Assembly (NCBI GenBank): GCA_963817525.1
Contig: CAWFOU010000007.1
Coordinates: forward strand, 384,001-448,000
Source of the DNA: an uncultured archaeon
Lineage (GTDB): Archaea; Thermoproteota; Nitrososphaeria; Nitrososphaerales; Gagatemarchaeaceae
Direction of reading: 5' to 3'
DNA length: 64,000 nucleotides
Part shown: positions 38,290 through 47,604 of the stretch, one piece after another
How positions within the stretch are numbered: position 1 is the stretch's first letter
Layout: each line of letters starts with the position of its first letter
Notes under the pieces: generated by a model
Seen by the model: only the letters and a program-made list of their open reading frames with translations
What the model was told of the DNA's origin: nothing
Databases searched by the model: none
Program-made: the position numbers and the translations under genes

Positions 38290-39753
38290 TTAAGCTCTCA
38301 CCTTCTCTCCCGCGAGCGCCTGCGGCTCCTCCTCCTCACCGGCGATGGACATCCCAAGCCTGTTGAGGAAGGCCTCGGCCTCCCCGGTGGTCCTCGCGGT
38401 CAGCGCGCGCCAGCGTAGGACGGGCGGGAAGAGGAACCTCGTCTCCCCCGTGGCGTAGTCGTGGAACTTCGAGAGCGTGAGGAAGAGCTCCTTCGCGCGC
38501 GCGGCCTCGTCCGCGCCCACCTTCGCGGCGAGGGCGCCCTCGTCCACCGAGGAGATCCCCGCCCCGAACTCGCCGAGGACGATGGAGTCCATGACATCGT
38601 AGAGCTGGCTGAGGGCGGCCACGTATCCCGCCTTTGAGCGGGACGTCTCGAGGAACTCCGCCCTCGCTTGTGACTCTGCGACTATCGTCCGCTCCACGCT
38701 GGGCTGGGGCTGGTCGTCCTTCCCTTTCTTCTCGGGGGCGAACCACCTCGTCACGGCCCCGTAGACCGAGAGCAGGATGATCAGCGCCACGATCGCGGTC
38801 GCGAGGCCCAGAGACACGTGAATCCCAAAGCCGCCGAGGAAGCCGCTCACCTGGGAGGGGAAGCTCGCGTAGTAGCCGTTGAGGCTCGTGAGGGACTGCT
38901 CTATCGCGTATACCACCAGCGGCCCCACGGGGAGGCCCATCTGGAAGCTCGGGGCCTTGGGCGGGTTGTAGTTCGAGGCGTCGAGGAGGATCGGTGCGGC
39001 CTTGCCGGGGTCGACGTAGCTCACCATGGCCGCCACGAAGGCCTTCTCGTCGATTCCCCCCTGAGTGTAGTTGAACAGGAAGTTCGTGAACGGGGCGGAG
39101 TCGGTGATGACGAGTGCCCGGGCGCCCGACTCCGTCGTCCCTGCGCCGATGACGGTCCTCGGGCCTGTGGTCGAGTTGTCCAAGGCGTAGGAGGACGGCG
39201 GGGTCACCGCCACGGGATGGAGGGGCGAGCCGGGTTCGATGAGCAGCGGTGCGGCGACATCGTCCACCCCCGTGACGGTGGTCGAGCCCAGCGCGAGGTT
39301 CACCGTGAACACCTGTTCGTCTTGGAAGGTTGAGGCCGGGTCCACTATGGCGCGCGGGCCAACCCGTGCCTCGAAGGTCGCGACCAGGGCTGCGTTGTGC
39401 GTGTCGTTCCCTTCCGCGATCAGCGCGGAGAACTCTCCGTTGTTGTAACCGAACTGGAAGGCCTGGAGCTCCTTGGTGGGGAGGGCGTTGTCTGCCCCGA
39501 TGAGGATGTACACGAGCTTCACGTGGTCTTGCAGGTTATTCTGGGCCTCTATCGACGTGTTCGCGACGATGACCTTGTACCCCGCCTGGTGGAGGTAGGC
39601 GAGGAACATCGACGTACCGGAGGCGGAGGTGTCGGTGGGGGCGGTCCCCCCGTCGCCGCCGGGTGAGGCCGAGAACCCTATCGTGGAGGGCGAGTAGATT
39701 ACCGCTACAAGGGCGACGACGCCCATTATCGAAAGGAATTGGCGGAGCTTCAA
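38290..39753 (-). CDS. DUF4350-like membrane/secreted protein
   Basis: SGTSMF..YL, ITDSAPFTN; TM helices; TTG start overlapping the upstream stop. Confidence 0.6.
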   Translation of the reverse strand: MKLRQFLSIMGVVALVAVIYSPSTIGFSASPGGDGGTAPTDTSASGTSMFLAYLHQAGYKVIVANTSIEAQNNLQDHVKLVYILIGADNALPTKELQAFQFGYNNGEFSALIAEGNDTHNAALVATFEARVGPRAIVDPASTFQDEQVFTVNLALGSTTVTGVDDVAAPLLIEPGSPLHPVAVTPPSSYALDNSTTGPRTVIGAGTTESGARALVITDSAPFTNFLFNYTQGGIDEKAFVAAMVSYVDPGKAAPILLDASNYNPPKAPSFQMGLPVGPLVVYAIEQSLTSLNGYYASFPSQVSGFLGGFGIHVSLGLATAIVALIILLSVYGAVTRWFAPEKKGKDDQPQPSVERTIVAESQARAEFLETSRSKAGYVAALSQLYDVMDSIVLGEFGAGISSVDEGALAAKVGADEAARAKELFLTLSKFHDYATGETRFLFPPVLRWRALTARTTGEAEAFLNRLGMSIAGEEEEPQALAGEKVRA

Positions 39754-40889
39754 TGCTCCTGCTTCTCCATCTCCGTGAAGGAGGACGCGGCCAGGCTCGC
39801 GTCGGCGCTCCCGACCTCCTGCCCGGAGAACTTCGCCTTCTCGTAGAGCGAGGAGATGGTGCCCACCTGCCGCCCCTCGGGCGCTTGCTCGCACTTGGAG
39901 GAGAACTCGCGGTGGGTCTCCGACTCGAGCTTCGCCACCCCCCTCCGCGACATCAGGCTCACGGCCCTCCCGAAGTAGTACTCGATCCTCGCGCGGGCGT
40001 CGGCGGGGACGGGCCCGGCCTCCTCGGCCTTGCTCGCCCTGAGGAGGGGGATCGCCGGGAGGCTCTGCGACCCGACGAGCCTGACTATCCTACCCCTGGA
40101 GAAGTAGAGGGCGACGACCGCCACGACGGCGGCCAGCGTCGCCGCGAGCGCGGCGAGGGGGATCGCCGGGACTCCGCCCGACGGGGTCCCCACGGAGAGG
40201 GAGGGCGTGCCGATGGAGGGCATCGAGAGGCCCGAGAACCCGGACACGCCAGGTAGGGCGATGGGGGCGGCCGCCGCGGACCCGCTGCTCCCCGCGAAGG
40301 CGTTCTGGCTCAGGAGGTCGGAGTTCTGGAGGAGCTGGCTCGCGAGGGTGGAGTTAGCGTACTGCATGAGGCTGGCAAGGCTCTGCATGTCCAGCGAGAG
40401 GTCCTGCTGGGACTTGGCGGAGGCGCCCGAGGCGGAGGTGTTGTTGAGGAGGCTCGCCAGGGTGTTGGCGTTGACCGTCGCGCCGCCCGGCCCCACGCTG
40501 AGGCTCTGGATGAGGGCGTTGAGCGCCGGCGAGACGTCGGGGTTGTTCTGGGAGAGGCCCTGGAGCTGGACCAGGGTCGAAGCCGCCCCGGAGTAGTCGC
40601 CGTTGTTGAGCTCCGACTGGAACTGGGAGAGGAGCTGCTGAATCTGCGAGTCGTTGTTCCCCTGCTCGAGGGTGCTCAGCGCCGAGCCCAGCTGCTGGGG
40701 GGTGACCGTCGGGACCTCCGTGAGCTGCCCCGCGTTGGAGTCGTCCGCGGCGTGGGCGGGGACGGCGAGGGCCCCGATGAAAGAGATTAGCAAGAAAGCG
40801 GCAAGGAGCGAGAAGGCGACTCTCCGGCCCCGTTGACCGATAGCCCTTGCTGAGGCTGACAAGGCGGACTTGCGGGACTCCGGATTCAT
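39750..40889 (-). CDS. DUF4129 domain membrane protein
   Basis: C-terminal ETHREF...LYEKAKFS motif; signal sequence and TM. Confidence 0.75.
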   Translation of the reverse strand: MNPESRKSALSASARAIGQRGRRVAFSLLAAFLLISFIGALAVPAHAADDSNAGQLTEVPTVTPQQLGSALSTLEQGNNDSQIQQLLSQFQSELNNGDYSGAASTLVQLQGLSQNNPDVSPALNALIQSLSVGPGGATVNANTLASLLNNTSASGASAKSQQDLSLDMQSLASLMQYANSTLASQLLQNSDLLSQNAFAGSSGSAAAAPIALPGVSGFSGLSMPSIGTPSLSVGTPSGGVPAIPLAALAATLAAVVAVVALYFSRGRIVRLVGSQSLPAIPLLRASKAEEAGPVPADARARIEYYFGRAVSLMSRRGVAKLESETHREFSSKCEQAPEGRQVGTISSLYEKAKFSGQEVGSADASLAASSFTEMEKQEH

Positions 40890-40937
40890 ATAACCTTGAA
40901 GTATTGCTGGTCTACATTCCCAGAGCGGGGAGGTCGG

Positions 40938-42107
40938 CTAACCCAGCGCCTGCTCCAGGTCGGCGCGGAGGTCGTCCACGTCCTCGAGGCCCATAGCGAG
41001 CCTGAGGAGGTTCTCGGTTATCCCCAGCTCCTTCCTCACGGCGGGCGAGATCGTCTTCGAGGCGCTCGTGATCGGGTAGTTGAGGAGGGACTCGGTCCCG
41101 CCCAGGCTGGGGGAGGGCTTGATCAGCTTGATCTTCCTAAGGACCTCGATGGCCTTGGCCTTACCTCCCTTCACCTTGAAGCTCAGGACGCCGCCGTAGA
41201 CCCCCTTCTCGAGGAAGAGCCGCCCCGCGGTCTTGTGGTACGGGCTGTCCTTGAGGCCCGGGTAGTAGACCGCGTCCACCAGGGGGTGGTCCTCGAGGAA
41301 CTCCGCGAGGGCGAGCGCGCTCCTGCACTGGGCCTCGAAGCGCACCTTGAGGGTCGCGACTCCCCGGAGGGCGAGGAAGGCCTCGAAGGGGCCCATTATC
41401 GAGCCCAGCCTCCTCCTGAACTCCCAGAGCTCGACGAGGTCGAGCGGGTCGTCGAGGGCGACCGCGCCTCCGACGATGTCGTTGTGCCCCCCGATGTACT
41501 TGGTGACGCTGTGGACCGAGAGCCAGGCCCCTCGGTCGAGCGGCCGGTAGAGCAGGGGCGTGGCGAAGGTGTTGTCGACGACGAGCCTCGCGCCCACCTC
41601 CTTGCACCTCTTGGTGATCGCGGGGATGTCGACCACCCTCACGAGCGGGTTGGTGATCGTCTCGATGAGGACGAGCGAGACCCCCGGCTTGATCTTCTGG
41701 AGGAAGTCCTCCGTGTCGGGGCCCGCGAGGACGGTCTTCACCCCGAACTTGGCCAGGTTGAGCGCGAGGTCCTGGGTGGTCCCGTAGGACTCCTTGGTAA
41801 TCACGACCGTGTCTCCCTTGCTGAGGGTGGAGAGGTAGACCGCCGCTATCCCGCCCATCCCGCTGCTGAAGGCGAGGGACTCCTTTGCGTGCTCTAGCTT
41901 GGCGACGACCTTCTCGAAGCCCCGGACGGTGGGGTTCTCCTCCCTGGAGTACTTCTGCTCGAATCCCCTGTCGCTCTTCCTCGACTCCCCCGTCCTCCGG
42001 TCGGGGTGCTCGAAGACGGTCGAGAGGTAGAGCGGGACGCGAAAGGCCCCGGTCTCGACGTCGTAGTAGTCGTGGCCGTGGACGCTGTCGGTGGAGGGCT
42101 TAGGCAA
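40938..42107 (-). CDS. Cys/Met metabolism PLP-dependent enzyme (cystathionine gamma-synthase/lyase family)
   Basis: YSREENPT, FSSGMGGI, VDNTFATP, HSVTKYIGGHND, SLGGTESL. Confidence 0.92.
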   Translation of the reverse strand: MPKPSTDSVHGHDYYDVETGAFRVPLYLSTVFEHPDRRTGESRKSDRGFEQKYSREENPTVRGFEKVVAKLEHAKESLAFSSGMGGIAAVYLSTLSKGDTVVITKESYGTTQDLALNLAKFGVKTVLAGPDTEDFLQKIKPGVSLVLIETITNPLVRVVDIPAITKRCKEVGARLVVDNTFATPLLYRPLDRGAWLSVHSVTKYIGGHNDIVGGAVALDDPLDLVELWEFRRRLGSIMGPFEAFLALRGVATLKVRFEAQCRSALALAEFLEDHPLVDAVYYPGLKDSPYHKTAGRLFLEKGVYGGVLSFKVKGGKAKAIEVLRKIKLIKPSPSLGGTESLLNYPITSASKTISPAVRKELGITENLLRLAMGLEDVDDLRADLEQALG

Positions 42108-42255
42108 GGCTACTGACTGCCGATGCGTGCCGGAATCGGATTCATAAGCTTGCCGATGCGCAAAGTCAGATAGGAATAATCGGATGGGCCGTGCGGAAGG
42201 CGCAGTATACCGCATACGTATACGCTTAAGTATCATCCCGTGCTCTTAGTCCCGT

Positions 42256-42483
42256 TTGGCTAGGTCGAAGGTCACCGCGAAATATCAGGTTACGATACCG
42301 AGGGAGATCAGGGAGAAGATTGAGGTCAGACCTGGCGAGATCGTGACGGTCGAGGCAGTCTCGCGTGACGAAATCCTGCTCAGACGCTATTCGCGGACCA
42401 AGGATCCGCTGGCCACTCTGATCGGGAAGACAACACGCGGCACGGTGGCCATCGAGGAGCTCGAGAAGATGGAGTCCAGGTAG
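42256..42483 (+). CDS. AbrB/MazE family antitoxin
   Basis: SKVTAKYQVTIPREIRE; upstream GTATAC-N7-GTATAC (42205-42223). Confidence 0.88.
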   Translation: MARSKVTAKYQVTIPREIREKIEVRPGEIVTVEAVSRDEILLRRYSRTKDPLATLIGKTTRGTVAIEELEKMESR

Positions 42484-42486
42484 GAC

Positions 42487-42906
42487 TTGCCAAAGCGATA
42501 CGTGGACAGCAACGTCTTCTTCTATGCCAAGATCCAGGACGGGGTCTACGGAGAGTCGTGCTCGCAGGTGCTGCGAATGATCGCGTCTGACGAGCTTGAC
42601 GCGGCGACTTCCGTGCTCGTACCCATAGAAGTGGCAAACGCCATGCGCAAGTACGGTATGGCGGCGGAAGTCGCTGCCGAAATCCGCGCGATCTTCTCGT
42701 CGAGAATTGACGTATACAGCGTCGACGGGTCAGACGCTCAAGAGGCGGCAGAGATTTTCGGCGGAGCGAGGATAAACCCCTACGACTGCCTTCACGCTGC
42801 TGTGATGAAGAGGATGGGCTTGGACGAGATAATATCGGCTGACAAGGAGTTTGACAAGCTGCGCTGGATCACTCGCATCGACCCAAAGTCAATGAAAGAC
42901 GCGTGA
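42487..42906 (+). CDS. vapC: VapC/PIN toxin
   Basis: YVDSNVF, YDCLHAA, ISADKEFD. Confidence 0.88.
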   Translation: MPKRYVDSNVFFYAKIQDGVYGESCSQVLRMIASDELDAATSVLVPIEVANAMRKYGMAAEVAAEIRAIFSSRIDVYSVDGSDAQEAAEIFGGARINPYDCLHAAVMKRMGLDEIISADKEFDKLRWITRIDPKSMKDA

Positions 42907-42983
42907 GGCATCCTCGAGGTTTGGACGCCGCCAAAAGCGGAGGGTTTGTCCGAAGGCGGCTGCCGCGTGTGCTGGGAACCCGA

Positions 42984-43982
42984 TCATGACTCGCGCTGGC
43001 TGGCCGGCGGCAAGAGCGGGCCGCCCTTCCTCCGCGCCTTGATGTCGTCGAAGCGGTCGGGGTCGAGGGCAAGCATGGAGACGAGGACCTTGACCCTGTT
43101 CCTGATCGTGACGTTGGTCACCCCCGCGACCATCGCGAGGTGGGTCTTGGTGCTCCGCTCCCCCTCGAGGACCGAGGCGATGTAGAGCGAGGCCGCCGCG
43201 GAGCCCATGGGGGAGTTGCCTGTGAGGGCGCCCTCCTTGTCGGCGGTCCTCAGGATCTCCAGGCCCTTCCTCTCGACCTTGGTGGAGAGCCCCGCGCCGT
43301 AGGCTATCCGCGAGACGCTCTTCCCCGGGTCGTCCACGGGCTGGGGCATGTCGTTCTCGGTGACGAGGAGGCGGTAACTCCTCGCGATGTCCAGCCTGTC
43401 CAAGTTGGCGGCCTCCCCGATGTCCTTGAGGGTGCGGGGCGTCCGGGTGCTCCTGCAGGCGGCGTAGAGCGAGGCCGCCACCAGGGTGGTGATCGACCTC
43501 CGGCGAGCTGAGATGAGCGGGATGGACTTCCTGTAGATGTAGGCCGCCTTCTCGACGACCGAGTCGGGGACCACCACCTTCTCCGAGAGTCTCTCGAGCT
43601 CCCCCATCGCGCGCTTTAGGTTTCGGTCGGCGCCGGTGTGGAGCTGGCTCCTGTGATCCCATAGCCTGAGCCTCTCGAGCGATGGCCGGATCCCCCCGGG
43701 GATGGCCCTGCCGGAGCCGTCCACGTTGAGGTGCCCTATCACGGTGGCGAGGCCCATGTCGGACTTAGTGATCGAGAACGCGGTGGGGTCGTCCCTCGCA
43801 TCGGAAGGGCCGGTCGAGCGGCCGAGCTCCTCGGTCTTGTCGGCGACGACGAGGCCGCAGCCGCCGCAAATGACCTGGCCGCCTATCCTGTCGGTGACGA
43901 AGTTGTTGCGCCTTCCGCACCATGGGCACTGGCGCCCGGCCTCGAGGACCGGGTTCAAGCGCCTCCCTCCGACGCTGGGCAC
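42984..43982 (-). CDS. tfb: Transcription initiation factor IIB paralogue
   Basis: Zn ribbon CPWCG...CGGCG; cyclin repeats AASLYAACR...PRTLKDI; GVTNVTIRNR. Confidence 0.88.
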   Translation of the reverse strand: MPSVGGRRLNPVLEAGRQCPWCGRRNNFVTDRIGGQVICGGCGLVVADKTEELGRSTGPSDARDDPTAFSITKSDMGLATVIGHLNVDGSGRAIPGGIRPSLERLRLWDHRSQLHTGADRNLKRAMGELERLSEKVVVPDSVVEKAAYIYRKSIPLISARRRSITTLVAASLYAACRSTRTPRTLKDIGEAANLDRLDIARSYRLLVTENDMPQPVDDPGKSVSRIAYGAGLSTKVERKGLEILRTADKEGALTGNSPMGSAAASLYIASVLEGERSTKTHLAMVAGVTNVTIRNRVKVLVSMLALDPDRFDDIKARRKGGPLLPPASQRES

Positions 43983-44077
43983 GTCCAGGAAGCAGATTGG
44001 CTCGATATTTGATGGAGTCTGTGCACTTTACCATGAATCGGTAGGGTTTATGTGCAACTGCCCACGCACGCGGGCAC

Positions 44078-44692
44078 ATGGCGAGGACGAACATATCTAT
44101 AGACGAGGAGGTAGCCGCCTCGCTCTCCGACGAGGCGACCAGGGAGAACAAGACGATGTACGCCCTCTCCAACGAGTCTCTGAAGGTCATGCTCCACATC
44201 TGCAGGAGCGGCGGGAGGCCGGAGGACGTCTATACCTCCTGGATGTTCACGCGCATCCTGAATGACCTCGACGCGGTCCCCACCCCGGGCGACCTGGTCG
44301 AGAAGCTCCTGAAGAAGCTCTACGAGGTGGACAAGGACTGGCTCCTGCGCACCTGGTTCGAAGAAGGCCAGAGGATAGGGTCGTACCTGCGCCTCTCCTC
44401 TCCGAGCATGCAAGACCTCTCCGACGAGGCGAAGAACATTTCTAAGCTCGGGCTCCTTCCGGTCAAGAGGCTGGAGCTGGAGAACGATGGCGAGACCGAG
44501 TTCACGATAAGGGTCGTGGGCGCGGGGCTCTCGGAGGAGTCGACGAGCTGCGCCGAGCAGCTCTTCAGGGGGATAATCTCCTCGTACTCACTCCACGTCA
44601 TCGGCAGCAAGATGTCGGAGGGCATCATCATGCTCCGGGTGTCCAACAAGGGAGAGCCGCTGCCCGTCCAGCACCCGCGGCCCCGACCCTGA
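44078..44692 (+). CDS. Hypothetical protein with RHH-like N-terminus
   Basis: RTNISIDEEVA..L..EA...NKTMY. Confidence 0.65.
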   Translation: MARTNISIDEEVAASLSDEATRENKTMYALSNESLKVMLHICRSGGRPEDVYTSWMFTRILNDLDAVPTPGDLVEKLLKKLYEVDKDWLLRTWFEEGQRIGSYLRLSSPSMQDLSDEAKNISKLGLLPVKRLELENDGETEFTIRVVGAGLSEESTSCAEQLFRGIISSYSLHVIGSKMSEGIIMLRVSNKGEPLPVQHPRPRP

Positions 44693-44727
44693 CTTTCTGG
44701 ACGAGTGCCAGCTACTAGCCGTCGGCA

Positions 44728-45480
44728 TTAGATCGCAGACGGCCTTCTCGACCTGAGCCTAAGAGCCGTGATGGCGAAGACGCCGAACAGGAAGGCATAG
44801 ACCGATGCGGCGATGTACGGCCCCGCGTGCCACTCGAAGCTCTTCTCGGAGACGAGGTTCGGGTTCCCTCCCTTCAGCTCATAGCCCCACTGCGGAAACG
44901 TCGTCGGGGTCCCGAGCTCTGCAGTTAGGAGGGAGGAGTAAAACAGAGTGTAGGCCCAGTTCTCCTTGGAGATCTGCCAACCCCCATTCCCCCAATTCCA
45001 CTCTTGGCTGACCTCGATTGCGGCGTTGAGCACCCCTGCGACCGTGCTGTTTGCGTGCAAGGCGAGGTTGAAGGTCGTGTTCACGTTAGTGGGGCTGAAC
45101 ACGTCTTGTGCGTAGTTGCTCGCGTTCGCCTCCATCTGGGTCGTCTTGCCGACAGAGGCGCCGTAGAGCAGCCTGATGTTTTGGCTGCCGGAATATATCC
45201 CCTGCAGGCCGCCCAGCTCGCCCGACCAGTGGACGACGGAGTTTGAGTTGTAGAAGTTTACCAGACCATCGACGCTCCTGTTGTTTATGTCTTGGACGTA
45301 TTCGTCCACCGCGCCCTGGACTGGGGTCGGGGCCGAGGACGAGCCCAGAGCGGAGGTCGAGGGAGGAGACGTAGACCTGCTTGATAGGAAGACGTAAGCG
45401 CCGGCAGCGAGAATGATGACAATGAGCACGACCAATGGGGCTAACTTGGAGATTCCAGCCCTTGCACGCGTCCAGCGCAT
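44728..45480 (-). CDS. Membrane-anchored NTF2/SnoaL-like protein
   Basis: FY..NSVVHWSG..GGLQGIYSG...IR; WQISKENW. Confidence 0.6.
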   Translation of the reverse strand: MRWTRARAGISKLAPLVVLIVIILAAGAYVFLSSRSTSPPSTSALGSSSAPTPVQGAVDEYVQDINNRSVDGLVNFYNSNSVVHWSGELGGLQGIYSGSQNIRLLYGASVGKTTQMEANASNYAQDVFSPTNVNTTFNLALHANSTVAGVLNAAIEVSQEWNWGNGGWQISKENWAYTLFYSSLLTAELGTPTTFPQWGYELKGGNPNLVSEKSFEWHAGPYIAASVYAFLFGVFAITALRLRSRRPSAI

Positions 45481-45526
45481 GATTGCGTTGTGCTTGCCGC
45501 TCGTATTTGAGGCTGCAGGGGCGCAG

Positions 45527-46969
45527 CTAGTAGGTCGGCAGCTCTGGGTGGACCTCGGAGACCCAGGCCCTAATACCGCCCTTCAGGTTCTTTGCTTTCT
45601 TGAAGCCCATGCTGTTGAGGAAGCGCGTGGCCTGGGTGGACCTCTGGCCCGAGAGGCAGTTGACCACGATGTCGTCGGCCGTGCTCAGCTCGTTGACCCT
45701 CTTCGGGAGCTCGTCGAGTGGGATGAGCCTGGCCCCCTCGATGTGGTTGATCTCGTACTCCCACGGCTCCCTGACGTCCACCACCACGACGCTCCTGCCT
45801 GCGGCCATCAGGGCGGCGAGCTGCTTGGGCGTCACCTCCAGGTCGGCGGTGAGCTTCTCCTCGACGCCGCAGAACGCCTCGTAGTCTATGAGCTCCTTCA
45901 CGGTCGGGTTGGGCCCGCAGATCGAGCAGTCGGGGTTCTTGCGCAGCTTCAGCTCCTTGAAGGTCATGTCTAGCGCGTCGAAGAGGAGGAGCCTCCCGAT
46001 GAGCGGCCGCCCCTTCCCCAGTATCAGGTCTATGGTCTCGGCCGCCTGGATGCTCCCCATTATCCCGGGGAGGACACCGAGCACCCCTCCCTCGGCGCAG
46101 GAGGGGACCAGTCCGGGCGGCGGGGGCTCCGGGTAGAGGCAGCGGTAGCACGGCCCCTCCCTCGCGTAGAAGACTGAGGCCTGCCCCTCGAACCTGAATA
46201 TGCTCGCGTAGACGTTGGGCTTGCCCAGGAGGACGCACGCGTCGTTGACCAGGTAGCGCGTCGGGAAGTTGTCGGTCCCGTCCAGGATTATGTCGTAGGC
46301 GCCGAATATCTCGAGTGCGTTGGAGGAGTCGAGCCTGACCTTGTGCACCTCCACGCTGACGTTCGGGTTTATCTCCAGGAGCCTCTTCCTCGCGACCTCG
46401 GCCTTGCTCTTGCCCACGTCGGCCTCCGAGTAGAGGACCTGCCTGTGGAGGTTGCTCTTCTCGATGACGTCATAGTCGAGTATCCCGATGCGCCCCACGC
46501 CCGCGGCGGCGAGGTAGGTCGCCGAGGGGGTGCCCAGGCCGCCTGCGCCCACTATCAGGACGCTCGCCTGCTTCAGCTTGCCCTGGCCCTCGAGCCCGAC
46601 CTCGGGCATGATCAGGTGGCGGCTGTAGCGCGCGAACTCGCCGCTGGAGAAGGACACCTTCTGGGTGCGGTCCTCGTCTTCCACCGAGTCGTGCGCCCCT
46701 CCCGCGATGGCGGGGACGATCATCAGCGTGTCCCCGTCCTTCAGCGCGGTGCCCTCGCCCTCCTTGTACCTGATGTCCTCCTCGTTGAGGTAGATGTTGA
46801 TGAAGTTCCTGAGGCGCCCGTTCTCCGAGTAGAGCTGCCTCCTCAGCTTGGGGAAGGCGGTCACTAGCTGCTTGAGGGCGTCGCTGACCGTCCTCGCGTT
46901 GAGCTTGAGCTCGTCCTCGTCGTCGGTGTGCTGCCTCAGCGCCGTCGGGATGATTATGGTGACCGTCAT
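45527..46969 (-). CDS. moeB: MoaD/ThiS-like Ubl + MoeB/E1 + rhodanese fusion
   Basis: IPTALR...VPAIAGG; RYSRH, GAGGLG, DGTDNF, CYRC; DVREPWE...CLSGQRS. Confidence 0.9.
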   Translation of the reverse strand: MTVTIIIPTALRQHTDDEDELKLNARTVSDALKQLVTAFPKLRRQLYSENGRLRNFINIYLNEEDIRYKEGEGTALKDGDTLMIVPAIAGGAHDSVEDEDRTQKVSFSSGEFARYSRHLIMPEVGLEGQGKLKQASVLIVGAGGLGTPSATYLAAAGVGRIGILDYDVIEKSNLHRQVLYSEADVGKSKAEVARKRLLEINPNVSVEVHKVRLDSSNALEIFGAYDIILDGTDNFPTRYLVNDACVLLGKPNVYASIFRFEGQASVFYAREGPCYRCLYPEPPPPGLVPSCAEGGVLGVLPGIMGSIQAAETIDLILGKGRPLIGRLLLFDALDMTFKELKLRKNPDCSICGPNPTVKELIDYEAFCGVEEKLTADLEVTPKQLAALMAAGRSVVVVDVREPWEYEINHIEGARLIPLDELPKRVNELSTADDIVVNCLSGQRSTQATRFLNSMGFKKAKNLKGGIRAWVSEVHPELPTY

Positions 46970-47421
46970 GCCTTCTGGCCCGCCCCCTTCGCCTCGGCCG
47001 CGCCGTCGCGTATCTCTATCGTCTCCTCGGTGACCGAGCTGTGGTCCTGGCTCGGGAGCCATGACCTGGTGTCCCCCGCATCCCCCTTCGGGACGGAGAC
47101 CACGACGTAGGAGTACCAGGGGAAGGAGTGCTCGAGGTCGAACTTGGATAGCGTGGCGGGATAGTCCGGATGGGAGTGGTAGATCCCGGCGATTGCCAGG
47201 CCCTTCTTAGCGACCTCCCTGTCGGCCTTGAAGAGCTCCATGGGGTCGATGTGATACCTGTCGTGCTTCGGCCCCGAGAAGGAGTTCCTCATCTTGACGG
47301 ATTCCACGACGTCCTTGCTCCCCGACCTCGCGATGAGCAGGCCGCAGCACTCGTCGGGGTAGGTGGACTCGGCGTGAGAATGGATGTCCTCGAGCGTCCG
47401 CCTCTCCATCTTGATCACCAT
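46966..47421 (-). CDS. JAB/Mov34 (M67, Mec-like) metallopeptidase
   Basis: YPDECCGLL, IYHSHPD...SKFD. Confidence 0.9.
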   Translation of the reverse strand: MVIKMERRTLEDIHSHAESTYPDECCGLLIARSGSKDVVESVKMRNSFSGPKHDRYHIDPMELFKADREVAKKGLAIAGIYHSHPDYPATLSKFDLEHSFPWYSYVVVSVPKGDAGDTRSWLPSQDHSSVTEETIEIRDGAAEAKGAGQKA

Positions 47422-47604
47422 GCCCCCTTCGTCATGCCTCCATCCGCGCCCGTGGCCGGTGCGCTGGCGCAAGAAAAACGCTCTGATAGGTGGCGCGCCG
47501 TCATCGCTACGACGCGGGCTTCGCCCGCTAGCCGGTTCATAAATGTGGCGGTCAGGTATTCCTATCAGAATTACCTTGGATAGGTGGTTTGGTACGGGTG
47601 GCCC

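Noticed and set aside
47505-47535. Hairpin GCGGGCTTCGCCCGC as part of a riboswitch
   Set aside because: No TPP, Moco or SAM riboswitch consensus visible; a lone hairpin only.
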